A stretch of 64,000 bases of DNA from Bacteroidota bacterium (GCA_035559595.1 DATMBF010000005.1:100905-164904); one strand, 5' to 3'; counted from the stretch's first letter, positions 46,563 through 56,380 are shown. Notes: a model not told the origin generated them from the sequence alone. Translations and numbers: made by a program.

Positions 46563-47900
46563 ATGTCAACGACAGAAAAGCAAAACTTGTGGTACGTCTC
46601 TAACTTCGAGGCGCTGGAACGAAGTCTTAATGGTGAAGCGGCATCGTACGTGCATGCACTGCGGAAGGCTGCGTTCGACAAGCTTTCACAAACGGGGTTT
46701 CCGACAACGAAAGACGAAGAGTGGAAGTACACAGATGTATCCTCACTTGCGAAGACGGCATTTAAGCCGATTCTCTCTCCCAAAAAACCTTCCCTTGCGA
46801 TTGAACCGTATCTGTTGGGGCATCCTGAATGGAATCGCCTGGTGTTCGTCAATGGTCACTTCTTGATGGAGCTTTCGGATCTCCGCTCGCTTCCGAAGTC
46901 CGTGATCATGGGAAGTCTCGCTGAGGCGATGAAGTCGCACCCAAAGCTGATTGAGGAATATCTCACGGCGTGTTCTCGCTATGAACAAAACGCTTTTACC
47001 GCTTTGAATACGGCTTTTATTCAAGATGGTGCATTTGTCTATGTTCCAAAAGGAACCATCATCGAGCAGCCGCTTCATCTTCTCTTCATTTCTAGTCTGG
47101 AGGAGGGGGAATTCGTCTCTCATCCTCGCAACGTCATCATCGTTGGTGAAAGCAGTCAGGTTGCCATTCTGGAAAGTTACGTGAGCCCCCGAGAGCATCT
47201 CTCGTACTTCACGAATGCCGTAACCGAAATTTCTGTCGGTGAAAATGCGGTGGTGGAGTATGACAAGTTCCAGAATGAGAGCATGGCGGCCTACCACATT
47301 GCCTCGACATACGTGCGACAGCAGAGGAACAGCAATTACGCATCGAATCTCGTGACGTTCGGTGCCAAACTTTCGCGCAATAATGTCTTCGCTGTCCTTG
47401 ATGGTGAAGGAATCGAGTGCACGCTCAATGGCCTCTATCTTGGCACCGCAAACCAGCATATCGACAACCATACCACTATCGATCACGCGAAGCCGCATTG
47501 CAACAGCTTCGAGGTGTACAAGGGAATCCTTGACGGCAAGTCGAAGGGAGTTTTCAACGGAAAAATTATTGTCCGGAAGGATGCGCAAAAGACCGATGCG
47601 AAGCAGACAAACAAGAATCTTGTTCTTTCTGACGAAGCATCGATCGACACGAAGCCGCAATTAGAGATCTTTGCAAACGATGTGAAATGTACTCATGGAG
47701 CCACGATCGGGCAACTTGACCGTGAAGCCATTTTTTATTTGCAGTCCAGGGGCTTGAGCAAGGAAGACGCGCGCGATATGTTAATCCATGCTTTCGCGAA
47801 GGACTTGATCGATCGGATTAAAAGCGAAGGGGTTCGGACCAATCTGGAGCAGCTTATTTATGAGAGGCTCCGGGCCGGGAGAGTCAACACGAGGACGTAA
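46563..47900 (+). CDS. sufD: Fe-S cluster assembly protein SufD
   Basis: A 445-aa SufB/SufD-fold protein with the 'RNVIIVGESSQVAILESY' beta-helix region, positioned between sufC and sufS. Confidence 0.85.
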   Translation: MSTTEKQNLWYVSNFEALERSLNGEAASYVHALRKAAFDKLSQTGFPTTKDEEWKYTDVSSLAKTAFKPILSPKKPSLAIEPYLLGHPEWNRLVFVNGHFLMELSDLRSLPKSVIMGSLAEAMKSHPKLIEEYLTACSRYEQNAFTALNTAFIQDGAFVYVPKGTIIEQPLHLLFISSLEEGEFVSHPRNVIIVGESSQVAILESYVSPREHLSYFTNAVTEISVGENAVVEYDKFQNESMAAYHIASTYVRQQRNSNYASNLVTFGAKLSRNNVFAVLDGEGIECTLNGLYLGTANQHIDNHTTIDHAKPHCNSFEVYKGILDGKSKGVFNGKIIVRKDAQKTDAKQTNKNLVLSDEASIDTKPQLEIFANDVKCTHGATIGQLDREAIFYLQSRGLSKEDARDMLIHAFAKDLIDRIKSEGVRTNLEQLIYERLRAGRVNTRT

Positions 47901-49157
47901 ATGCATCTTGTCCACCCGATAGATACGCGCAAGGAAGAGGTGTTCAATGTGGAGAAGTTCAGGGAAGACTTCCCGATTCTCCAAAGGAAAGTGCACGGCA
48001 AGCCACTCGTCTACCTGGACAATGCGGCAACGACCCAAAAGCCGTATGTCGTGATCTACGCAGTCCAGAATTACTACTTAGAAACGAATTCCAACGTTCA
48101 CCGTGGCGTTCATTACTTGAGTGAGCTTGCAACGTACGAGTACGAAAAGGCGCGAGGAAAGATCAAACTGTTCCTCAACGCCGCAAGCGAGAAGGAGGTT
48201 ATCTTCACGCGGGGGACAACTGAAGGCATCAATCTTGTTGCCTCAAGTTACGGGCGACGGCATGTGAAGAAAGGGGATGAAGTTCTGATTTCCGCCATGG
48301 AACACCACTCGAATATTGTTCCGTGGCAACTTCTTTGCGAAGAGGTGGGTGCCCAGCTCACGGTCGTGCCGATCAATGACCGCGGTGAGCTTATCATTGA
48401 AGAGTATGAACGGCTCTTGAGTCCGAAGACGAAGATCGTCGCGATCACTCATGTGTCAAACTCGCTCGGTACGGTAAACGCGATCAAAGACATCATTCAA
48501 ATGGCACACCAACATGGAGTGCCAGTTCTCGTCGATGGGGCGCAGGCGGTTCAGCACATGAAAGTCGATGTTCGTGATTTGGATTGTGATTTTTATGTTT
48601 TTTCCGGACACAAAGCGTATGGGCCGACGGGAATCGGTGTGCTCTACGGAAAGCTACCGCTCCTCGAGGCAATGCCGCCGTATCAGGGCGGGGGTGACAT
48701 GATCAAGTCTGTGACGTTCGAGAAGACGACGTTCAACGATCTTCCCTACAAATTTGAAGCCGGTACGCCGAATATTGCCGGCGCGATCGGTCTCGGTATG
48801 GCGGTCGAATACCTCAAGTACGTGGGCGTGGAAAACATCGCAGCGTATGAGCACAAGTTGCTGGAGTATGCAACATCGGCCTTGTCGGAAATCAAGAACC
48901 TTCGGTTGATCGGGACTGCGCAGAACAAGACATCGGTTCTCTCGTTTGTCATGGATGGTGTCCACCCCCACGATATCGGAACAATTGTCGACCGTGAAGG
49001 TGTTGCAATACGGACAGGGCATCACTGCGCACAGCCGGTGATGGAGCGATTCGGAGTTCCGGCGACAGCCCGCGCCTCACTTGCTCTGTACAACACACGA
49101 GAGGAGATCGATGCACTTGTGCGCGCTCTGGAGAAAGTGAACGAGGTCTTTGCATAA
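47901..49157 (+). CDS. sufS: Cysteine desulfurase SufS (class V aminotransferase)
   Basis: 'YLDNAATTQKP', the PLP-lysine region 'FSGHKAYGPTGIGVLYG' and the active-site Cys loop 'RTGHHCAQP'. Confidence 0.9.
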   Translation: MHLVHPIDTRKEEVFNVEKFREDFPILQRKVHGKPLVYLDNAATTQKPYVVIYAVQNYYLETNSNVHRGVHYLSELATYEYEKARGKIKLFLNAASEKEVIFTRGTTEGINLVASSYGRRHVKKGDEVLISAMEHHSNIVPWQLLCEEVGAQLTVVPINDRGELIIEEYERLLSPKTKIVAITHVSNSLGTVNAIKDIIQMAHQHGVPVLVDGAQAVQHMKVDVRDLDCDFYVFSGHKAYGPTGIGVLYGKLPLLEAMPPYQGGGDMIKSVTFEKTTFNDLPYKFEAGTPNIAGAIGLGMAVEYLKYVGVENIAAYEHKLLEYATSALSEIKNLRLIGTAQNKTSVLSFVMDGVHPHDIGTIVDREGVAIRTGHHCAQPVMERFGVPATARASLALYNTREEIDALVRALEKVNEVFA

Positions 49158-49609
49158 TGTCGGAGCTCAAAGCGCTGTATCAGGATTTGATTCTGGATCA
49201 TAACAAGAGCCCGCGAAACTTCAGAGTTATCAACGACGCAGACCTGAAGGCCGAAGGCTTCAATCCGCTTTGCGGCGACCGCTACACGGTGTATGTGAAG
49301 ATGGGAAACGGGACGATTCAGGATGTTGCCTTCCACGGCTCAGGATGCGCAATCTCCAAAGCTTCTGCTTCAGTGATGACAACAGCGGTGAAGGGGAAGA
49401 CGAAGGAGGAAGCAGAACAACTGTTCGAGCGATTTCACAAGCTGGTGAAAGGTGAGTTGAACTCTGATGAGGAAATTCCTACCTTAGGAAAGCTTGCGGT
49501 GTTTGCCGGAGTTTCCGAATTCCCGGCGCGCGTCAAGTGTGCAAGTCTGGCATGGCACACGCTTCACGCAGCGCTGCATCAAGAACAAGAACCCGTTTCT
49601 ACTGAGTAG
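49157..49609 (+). CDS. sufU: SufU-type (IscU-like) sulfur acceptor / Fe-S scaffold-like protein
   Basis: 'NPLCGDRYTVYV...AFHGSGCAISKASASVMT' shows the three-Cys pattern with the SufU-type insertion. Confidence 0.8.
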   Translation: MSELKALYQDLILDHNKSPRNFRVINDADLKAEGFNPLCGDRYTVYVKMGNGTIQDVAFHGSGCAISKASASVMTTAVKGKTKEEAEQLFERFHKLVKGELNSDEEIPTLGKLAVFAGVSEFPARVKCASLAWHTLHAALHQEQEPVSTE

Positions 49610-49615
49610 GTAAAT

Positions 49616-49999
49616 GTGAAAGGAGAGAGTATGAACGAAATCACAATTCAAGAACGACCAGCCGTTTCCGAGGATATTGTTATTACTCCCCGGGCGGCCG
49701 AAGAGGTCAGAAAGATCAAGGCGGACAACAAGATTCCGGAGGCCTACGGGTTGCGGCTTGGAGTAAAAGGTGGAGGATGCTCGGGAATGTCATACGTTCT
49801 CGCCTTTGATGAAAAGCCGCGGGAAAGCGATAAGGTGCTCGAAATTGAAGGTTTGACGGTATACGTGGATCCGAAGAGCCTGTTCTATCTCTCAGGCACA
49901 ACGCTCGATTTCAACGACGGATTGAACGGTCGCGGCTTTGTGTTCAACAATCCCAATGCATCCCGCACGTGCGGTTGCGGACATTCGTTCGGAGTTTAG
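49616..49999 (+). CDS. sufA: HesB/IscA/SufA family Fe-S cluster insertion protein
   Basis: 'LRLGVKGGGCSGMSY' and a C-terminal 'CGCGHSFGV' are canonical A-type carrier motifs. An alternative start is MNEITIQ at 49631. Confidence 0.8.
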   Translation: MKGESMNEITIQERPAVSEDIVITPRAAEEVRKIKADNKIPEAYGLRLGVKGGGCSGMSYVLAFDEKPRESDKVLEIEGLTVYVDPKSLFYLSGTTLDFNDGLNGRGFVFNNPNASRTCGCGHSFGV

Positions 50000-50017
50000 G
50001 GAAGAGAGGAGTTTCCG

Positions 50018-50419
50018 ATGTCCGAGGAAGTGAAAAACAACAACGTTCACACCAAAGAAGTCAATTCACCAGGTGGTGCGACTGCGACAGGTGAAGCGGA
50101 TCAGCTACCGCTTGAGCAGAGAGTCTGGGCGGCGCTAAGGGAGTGTTATGATCCGGAGATCCCCGTGAATCTCGTCGATCTCGGATTGATCTACGAAATG
50201 AAAGTTGACGATTCTCTCCCCGGTGAGGCCGGAGTTTTCGTCAAAATGACGCTCACTGCTCCGGGTTGCGGTATGGGACCCATGATTGCCAACGACGTCA
50301 AGCGGCGTCTCCAGCTCGTTCAAGGGGTCAAGAATGTGTTCGTAGAGTTAACGTTCGATCCGCCCTGGAATCCAAGCATGATGACTGAAGCGGCCAAGCT
50401 CCAGTTGAACATGTTCTAG
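50018..50419 (+). CDS. sufT: DUF59 (MIP18/SufT-like) Fe-S cluster assembly accessory protein
   Basis: 'VWAALRECYDPEIPVNLVDLGLIYEMKV' and 'VKMTLTAPGCGMG' match the DUF59 domain found in SufT/PaaD. Confidence 0.7.
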   Translation: MSEEVKNNNVHTKEVNSPGGATATGEADQLPLEQRVWAALRECYDPEIPVNLVDLGLIYEMKVDDSLPGEAGVFVKMTLTAPGCGMGPMIANDVKRRLQLVQGVKNVFVELTFDPPWNPSMMTEAAKLQLNMF

Positions 50420-50466
50420 TTTTTCCCGCGTGCTCCTGCTTTTTCCTCGCGAGTTCGCTTTCAAAA

Positions 50467-50502
50467 CAGTCCGACGATTGAATGGTCGGACTTTTGTTTT
50501 TG
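50467..50502 (+). terminator. Rho-independent terminator ending the suf operon
   Basis: AGTCCGAC-GATTGAATG-GTCGGACT hairpin followed by TTTGTTTTTG. Confidence 0.6.
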
Positions 50503-50596
50503 CCTCTTGAGAATCCCGTCAAAAATTGTTATCCTTGTGCCGGTTCGTTGTTATTTCCGGGTCGTATCCACACTAACCTACTGAAGGAGGAACCCC

Positions 50597-51361
50597 ATGC
50601 AGACGACCGAATACCTTAGTGTACTTTTTCGCTGGATTCACATCGTTGCAGGAATCATTTGGATCGGATTGCTCTATTGGTTCAACTTTGTGAACATCCC
50701 CTTCGCAGGACTAATGGATGGCGATACCAAAAAGAAGGTTGTTCCCGAACTGATGCCGAGATCGCTCTTTTGGTTTCGTTGGGGAGCGATGTGGACGTGG
50801 GTCACCGGTGTCCTCTTGCTGTTGCTGGTGTTCTACCATGGCGGATTGATGTTCGAAGAAGGAAAGGGTGGATGGGGAATGCCGACATTTGTCATTCTTG
50901 CCCTGGTCTTTCTTATGTTCTTTATTTATGACCAGCTTGCGAAGTCCATTGGCAAGGATATCCGCGTCATGGGAGCGGTCGGTTTTGTCCTGTTGGTTGC
51001 TTTCACGTACGCAATGATGAGTTGGGCCGAGTTCAGCTACCGCGCGTATGTGATCCACATCGGTGCCACGTTCGGCACGCTGATGATGATGAATGTCTGG
51101 ATGCGGATCTGGCCCTCGCAGAAGAAGATCATTGCTGCCATCAAAGAGGGTCAGGCCCCGGACGCGGGCATCGTTGCGCTTGCCGGACAGCGATCGCGTC
51201 ATAACACGTACATGTCGGTGCCGCTTGTCTGGACGATGATCAATCAGCACACCGTTGTCCCCGCTGCAAATTCGCCAATGTATCTGTTTGCGGTAACGCT
51301 TCTTGCGTGGCTTGTCGTTTCGTGGCTTTATGACAAGTCTGCAAAGGTGAAGGGAATGTAA
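50597..51361 (+). CDS. Polytopic membrane protein resembling the N-terminal membrane domain of urate hydroxylase PuuD (Urate_ox_N-like), without a cytochrome c domain
   Basis: 'FRWIHIVAGIIWIGLLYWFNFVNIP' resembles the RW(L/I)HxxAGxxWIGxSFYF helix of that family. The protein is 254 aa and has about 6 TM segments. This is a low-certainty call. Confidence 0.4.
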   Translation: MQTTEYLSVLFRWIHIVAGIIWIGLLYWFNFVNIPFAGLMDGDTKKKVVPELMPRSLFWFRWGAMWTWVTGVLLLLLVFYHGGLMFEEGKGGWGMPTFVILALVFLMFFIYDQLAKSIGKDIRVMGAVGFVLLVAFTYAMMSWAEFSYRAYVIHIGATFGTLMMMNVWMRIWPSQKKIIAAIKEGQAPDAGIVALAGQRSRHNTYMSVPLVWTMINQHTVVPAANSPMYLFAVTLLAWLVVSWLYDKSAKVKGM

Positions 51362-51382
51362 TCGTTCTTCGGTTGAGACGAG

Positions 51383-51415
51383 AAGGTCGGGCTTATCACC
51401 CGACCTTTTTTGTTT
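51383..51415 (+). terminator. Rho-independent terminator
   Basis: AAGGTCGGG-CTTATCA-CCCGACCTT hairpin followed by TTTTTGTTT. Confidence 0.6.
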
Positions 51416-51482
51416 GCGCGAAGAACGACATTTGTGTATACTCTCCCTTCGTAATCTTTCATCAACTCGACATATCGCAGAA

Positions 51483-52910
51483 ATGAAACGATTCCTTCCG
51501 GTCGTTGTTCTGTCTGTTGTTGGTTCCCTCCTCCTTTTCGCTCAATCGCGTGAAGAGAAGAAATTCGCATCCCGTGTCTCGCAGAAGAATCTTACACAGA
51601 CCGTCCGCGATCTCGTCGGCTTGGGCAACAGAATGGGAGGGACAGCCTCTGGAGACCGTGCGGCGCGATACCTTCAACAGCGTTTCAAATCGTTTGGACT
51701 GGCTGTCCAACAACTCAAAGAGTCTCCAAAATTGACCTACACCCACACATCGTGGTCTCTGCAGGTTACTCGCCCACGCAGACTGCGTGGTTTGATTCGC
51801 AACGAGTGGTTGGCCGGTTTTTCACCCAGCACCAAGCCGACAACGGGAAGGCTAATTTTCTACGATCCAGAAATCCCAAAGGATTCTCTTTCCAAAAAAG
51901 TCGTCTTAACGGACAGGAACGTGGGGCCGGAGTTCTACAAAGAACTTGTTGAGGCCGGCGTTATCTGCATTCTCACATATGCTCCGAACATCGAGACGGC
52001 TTATTCTCGTTGGGCAATGATTTCGAGTCTTCCTGCATCGAAATCGCATCCGATTCCTGTTTATAATATTTCCCGCTCGAACGGAGAGGTTTTACGGAAC
52101 GAGATCGCCAAAGAGGTTACCGTCGACATCCGGTTTGCAGCAAAAACAATAATCCGGGAGGGCAGTCCGAAAACGGTTGTGGCAACCCTCCGCGGGAAAA
52201 GCGATGAGTACTACATTGTTTGTGCGCATGGTGACTCCGATTCCGGTGGACCAGGAGCTGATGACAACGCTTCAGGGGAAGCCGGCGTGTTGGAGATTGC
52301 GCGCATTCTCTCCTCAATGGTCGGAAGCGGCGAGCTCCCGCGGCCTCAAAAAACGATTAAGTTCGTTATTTGGGGATCGGAGTACTCCTCTGCCGAAGAG
52401 TTTGTGAAACGGGAGAAGGACAGCCTGGAGAAGATCTTGGGAGTGATGAACTATGACGAGATAGGCACGGGTGCAGAAAGAAACTGCATCTATTTTGAAT
52501 CGAATGATGTCCCTCATAATGAGAAACTTCTCAGAACACTTGAAGCCGTCGGTGAGGAGTATGTGGGAAAGAAAGGATTCTGGCAGGAAGCGACTACCAA
52601 CCCCTCACAAGGGGGGACAGACTCCTACGTTTTTCTGCCGGACTACCTGGAAAGGCTCGATCTCCCTTCTGTGGAAATCCCTTCCTCCACAATTTACACT
52701 GCAGCTTGGAATGCTCCTCGAACCCTTCCGCAGACGAAAGGATGGAGCGCCCGTTCATGGAAAGGACATCCTGATTCCGTTATTGTGGATTATTCCGCCT
52801 ACTACCATTCCTCTCTCGACCTTCCTCAATACACGACCGAGCGGGAACCCTTCAACATGGTCTGGGCGGTAAAGGCCGTAGGGATTGCTCTGCTCCGTTT
52901 GGCGTGGTAA
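51483..52910 (+). CDS. Secreted M28 family zinc aminopeptidase with PA domain
   Basis: Signal peptide MKRFLPVVVLSVVGSLLLFAQS. 'VCAHGDSDSGGPGADDNASG' is the M28 His/Asp zinc site, and 'EYSSAEEF' lies downstream. Confidence 0.8.
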   Translation: MKRFLPVVVLSVVGSLLLFAQSREEKKFASRVSQKNLTQTVRDLVGLGNRMGGTASGDRAARYLQQRFKSFGLAVQQLKESPKLTYTHTSWSLQVTRPRRLRGLIRNEWLAGFSPSTKPTTGRLIFYDPEIPKDSLSKKVVLTDRNVGPEFYKELVEAGVICILTYAPNIETAYSRWAMISSLPASKSHPIPVYNISRSNGEVLRNEIAKEVTVDIRFAAKTIIREGSPKTVVATLRGKSDEYYIVCAHGDSDSGGPGADDNASGEAGVLEIARILSSMVGSGELPRPQKTIKFVIWGSEYSSAEEFVKREKDSLEKILGVMNYDEIGTGAERNCIYFESNDVPHNEKLLRTLEAVGEEYVGKKGFWQEATTNPSQGGTDSYVFLPDYLERLDLPSVEIPSSTIYTAAWNAPRTLPQTKGWSARSWKGHPDSVIVDYSAYYHSSLDLPQYTTEREPFNMVWAVKAVGIALLRLAW

Positions 52911-52961
52911 GAGAGTGCACCTTGACCTTCCCTGAACTTCTCCCTAACTTTCGATGAGATC

Positions 52962-53120
52962 ATGGAGAAACAAGACGAAGCGCCTTTGTCAAACCCTCCG
53001 GTTGAAAGCGAACATCACTACTGGCAGTACTGCGTCAATTGCGGTACCTTGTTGGAAGGATGGCGCTGTAAACTCATCTGCCCTAAATGCGGGTTCTATC
53101 ATTCCTGTAGTGAGCCCTAG
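52962..53120 (+). CDS. 52-aa zinc-ribbon mini-protein (CxxC...CxxC), not in the ORF track because it is under 60 aa
   Basis: Translates as MEKQDEAPLSNPPVESEHHYWQYCVNCGTLLEGWRCKLICPKCGFYHSCSEP, with two CxxC pairs (CVNC and CPKC). It lies in the gap between the M28 peptidase and folP on the same strand. Confidence 0.35.
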   Translation: MEKQDEAPLSNPPVESEHHYWQYCVNCGTLLEGWRCKLICPKCGFYHSCSEP

Positions 53121-53185
53121 TTTTTTCTGGCCTGGCGAATCGGTAGCTCTCCCTCACGACGAAGTGTTCAACTCGTGCTGTCCCT

Positions 53186-54046
53186 ATGTCAATTTCCTCC
53201 ATTAACGCCGCCACACAAAAGTATCGGATTGGATCGCGCGAGTATGATTTCGCAGCGCGATCTTTCATCATGGGCGTGCTCAATGTGACTCCCGATTCCT
53301 TTTCCGATGGGGGACGATACTTCGATGTCGGCAAAGCTGTTGATCGTGCTTTGGAAATGATCGATGAGGGCGCAGATTTCATAGACATTGGGGGTGAATC
53401 GTCGAGGCCTGGGTCGGACCCCATTCCTGCCGATGAGGAGATCAAACGAACGATCCCGGTCATCGAGCGGTTGGTGGGAAAAGGAAGGGTACCGATTTCG
53501 ATCGACACCTCTAAGGCAGCGGTGGCACGTGTGGCGCTTGAAGCCGGCGCGACGATCGTTAACGACATCAGTGCGATGACATTTGATGAGGAGATGGCAG
53601 ATGTCGTGAGCTCACACAAGGCGACGGTCGTCCTCATGCATATGAAGGGAACACCCAAGACAATGCAGGTAAACCCATCCTACACCGATGTTGTGGCAGA
53701 GGTAGTTGAGTTCCTGAGAAAACGGATTGAGTTTGCGAGAGCGCGCGGAATTGATCAGGTTATTGTGGATCCAGGGATTGGCTTTGGCAAGACGCTCGAG
53801 CATAACCTTCGGCTGATAAAAGAGCTGGATGCATTGAGGAGTCTTGATGTCCCGATTCTCGTCGGCACATCCCGCAAATCGTTTATCGGGACAATTCTGG
53901 GCTTGCCTGTGGAAGAGCGCCTTGAGGGTACTGCTGCTGCTGTTGCGGCCTCTATTCTGAACGGTGCCCATATCGTTCGTGTTCATGATGTGAAGGCAAT
54001 GAAGCGTGTCGCCGCCGTTGCGGATGCCATTTGCAGGGTAAGCTAA
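53186..54046 (+). CDS. folP: Dihydropteroate synthase
   Basis: 'IMGVLNVTPDSFSDGG', 'DIGGESSRPG' and 'SIDT' are pterin-binding TIM-barrel motifs. Confidence 0.85.
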   Translation: MSISSINAATQKYRIGSREYDFAARSFIMGVLNVTPDSFSDGGRYFDVGKAVDRALEMIDEGADFIDIGGESSRPGSDPIPADEEIKRTIPVIERLVGKGRVPISIDTSKAAVARVALEAGATIVNDISAMTFDEEMADVVSSHKATVVLMHMKGTPKTMQVNPSYTDVVAEVVEFLRKRIEFARARGIDQVIVDPGIGFGKTLEHNLRLIKELDALRSLDVPILVGTSRKSFIGTILGLPVEERLEGTAAAVAASILNGAHIVRVHDVKAMKRVAAVADAICRVS

Positions 54047-54714
54047 TGGATTCGATTCTTGCCATTGTGCCGGCGTTCAATGCTGAGTCAACGCTCGGTG
54101 AGCTCCTCACAAGACTCCGGCAGTACCCCGAACTGCAGGAGGTCGTAGTGATCAACGACGGCTCAACCGATGCAACCGGAGAGATCGCGAAGCAATCTGG
54201 TGCACTTCTCTTGGAGCACACGCGGAACAAAGGAAAAGGTGCAGCTTTACAGACCGGTTTTGACTATGCACTGACGAGGTCTGGTTGGGATGCTGTTGTG
54301 ACCATTGATGCGGATCTTCAGCATATGCCGGAGGAACTGCCGAAATTTTTCAGGACTCGCCGTGAAACTGGGGCGGATATTGTGATTGGATACCGAGGCA
54401 GGCTCGGAACCCGGATGCCTTTGCCGCGTATGGCATCAAATACACTTACCTCGATGCTCGTCTCGGCCCGAACAGGGTTGAAGATCAAAGACAGTCAGTG
54501 TGGTTATCGACTCATCGGCAGCGAGGTTCTGGAGGTTGTCCGGCTTGAGTCTGAAGGCTACGAAGCGGAAACGGAGTTTCTGCTTAAGGCAGCACGAAAT
54601 GGCTTTCGCGTGGAGTTTATTCCCATCATGACAATCTACAACAACGAACGAAGTTTCATGACGCATTGGGAAACAACGAAGCGCTTTATTCAAGTGCTTA
54701 TGAAAGAGTACTGA
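54046..54714 (+). CDS. Family 2 glycosyltransferase (DPM1-like)
   Basis: 'ILAIVPAFNAE' and 'VVVINDGSTDAT' form the GT2 DxD context, and the (Q/R)xxRW equivalent 'SQCGYRL' follows. The start is taken at MDSILAIV, overlapping the folP stop (TAATG). Confidence 0.75.
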   Translation: MDSILAIVPAFNAESTLGELLTRLRQYPELQEVVVINDGSTDATGEIAKQSGALLLEHTRNKGKGAALQTGFDYALTRSGWDAVVTIDADLQHMPEELPKFFRTRRETGADIVIGYRGRLGTRMPLPRMASNTLTSMLVSARTGLKIKDSQCGYRLIGSEVLEVVRLESEGYEAETEFLLKAARNGFRVEFIPIMTIYNNERSFMTHWETTKRFIQVLMKEY

Positions 54715-55362
54715 ATGGGAAGATTAGAAGACGACAGAAAAGAAATGCTTGCGTTGCTGAGAGAGAGGGGAATCAACGAACCGATGGTGCTTGATGCCAT
54801 GGCAAAGGTGGAACGACACCTTTTTGTGCCGGCCGCCTTTGTGTCCCGTGCCTACGACGACACTGCACTTCCGATTGCGAAGAGTCAGACGATTTCTCAA
54901 CCGTACACCGTTGCATTCATGACGCAGGAGCTCGCTCCAAAGAAAGAGGCCAAGGTGTTGGAGATCGGAACTGGTTCCGGCTATCAGGCGGCGGTCTTGG
55001 CGACGATGGGATGCAAAGTGTTCACGATTGAGCGTCATCTGGAGCTATTGCTCGAGGCGCGGAAGCGGTTCGAAAAGCTGGGACTGAGAATCGCCTCGAA
55101 GCTCGGTGACGGGACGGTCGGTTGGAGCGAGTTCGCGCCGTACGATGGGATTATCGTTACCGCAGCGGCCCCCAGCGTCCCTGAGCCTTTGGTGAAACAA
55201 CTAGCGGATGGGGGGAGACTCGTCATTCCCGTGGGCGATCTCGATATGCAGAAGCTTCGCGTGGTGACAAGAAAGGGGGAAGAACTGGAGACGAGGGAGG
55301 TTCACGGCTTCAAGTTTGTTCCGTTGATAGGAAAAGAGGGGTGGGGGGATAAGTCGGATTGA
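54715..55362 (+). CDS. pcm: Protein-L-isoaspartate O-methyltransferase
   Basis: 'VLEIGTGSGYQAAVLA' is the SAM-binding motif I, and 'VPRHLFVP', 'TISQPY' and 'IVTAAAP' are conserved Pcm motifs. Confidence 0.85.
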   Translation: MGRLEDDRKEMLALLRERGINEPMVLDAMAKVERHLFVPAAFVSRAYDDTALPIAKSQTISQPYTVAFMTQELAPKKEAKVLEIGTGSGYQAAVLATMGCKVFTIERHLELLLEARKRFEKLGLRIASKLGDGTVGWSEFAPYDGIIVTAAAPSVPEPLVKQLADGGRLVIPVGDLDMQKLRVVTRKGEELETREVHGFKFVPLIGKEGWGDKSD

Positions 55363-55450
55363 GGAAATGTCGAAATCGTGAAATGAAGCGTTCGTCCTTT
55401 CTTCAGTATCGCTGGGCACTCTCCACTCCGCATTTTGCCGTTCACGCTCG

Positions 55451-56380
55451 ATGCCTCCTCCACTGGTTCCCGTTATAGTTGGTCCGACCGCTTCGGGTAA
55501 AACACCAGTCTCGATCCTTCTTGCCGAGCGGTTAAATGGAGAGATCGTTTCAGCCGATTCGCGGCAGATCTACAAGCGGCTCACGATAGGCACGGCAAAG
55601 CCTACAATAGAGGAGCTGTCTCGCGTAAAACATCATTTTGTTGATCTTTTGGAGCCTGACCGGGATTACAGTGCCGGGGAATACGGCAAGGATGCTAGAA
55701 GCGTCATAGGGGAGGTTCTTGAGCGGGGGAGAATTCCGATTCTCGTCGGTGGCTCGGGGTTGTACATCAAAGCTGTTGTTGACGGCCTGTTTGAAGGTCC
55801 GGGGAAAGATCCTGAGATGCGGGAAATTCTGGAAAGCAGAATGCAGAGAGAAGGAGCGGCAAGCCTTCTCGCGGAGCTGAGAAAGGTTGATCCGATTGCT
55901 GCCGCAAAAATGGATTCGACGAAGAAACGAAGGATTCTGCGCGCACTTGAAGTCTATTACATTACCGGTAAGCCGTTGTCTGAGTTCCATGCCGAACAGT
56001 CTCAGGATTCCCGATATCGTTTCGTTCTATTTGGTTTGCTCTGGTCGCGTAATGCGTTGTATGATCGGATCAACAGCCGTGTTGAGGGGATGATCGAGAG
56101 AGGGTTAAGAGAAGAAGTTGAAGGATTGAGGCGCGACGGTTTTTCGTCGCGGCTCAACGCTCTCAATACCGTCGGCTACAAGGAGACCTTTGAATTCCTT
56201 GACGGCATGCGAGGCTGGGTTGAGACTGTGGAGTTGATCAAGCGAAACACACGTCGATTTGCAAAACGGCAGATGACGTGGTTCAGGGCTGACAAAAGGA
56301 TTCGATGGATCGATATGACGGACACGACCTTGAATGAAGTAGCTGAGTTCATGGAAAAGGAGTGGAGACTGAGTTTTTGA
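55451..56380 (+). CDS. miaA: tRNA dimethylallyltransferase
   Basis: P-loop 'VIVGPTASGKT', 'SADSRQIYK', 'GGSGLY' and a C-terminal 'RRFAKRQMTWFR'. Confidence 0.85.
   Translation: MPPPLVPVIVGPTASGKTPVSILLAERLNGEIVSADSRQIYKRLTIGTAKPTIEELSRVKHHFVDLLEPDRDYSAGEYGKDARSVIGEVLERGRIPILVGGSGLYIKAVVDGLFEGPGKDPEMREILESRMQREGAASLLAELRKVDPIAAAKMDSTKKRRILRALEVYYITGKPLSEFHAEQSQDSRYRFVLFGLLWSRNALYDRINSRVEGMIERGLREEVEGLRRDGFSSRLNALNTVGYKETFEFLDGMRGWVETVELIKRNTRRFAKRQMTWFRADKRIRWIDMTDTTLNEVAEFMEKEWRLSF

Noticed and set aside
45628-47660. Long antisense ORFs (211 aa at 45628-46263 and 305 aa at 46743-47660) opposite sufC and sufD
   Set aside because: sufC and sufD have unmistakable Walker/ABC and SufBD motifs in the plus frame. 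The antisense frames are incidental open frames in a GC-rich region.
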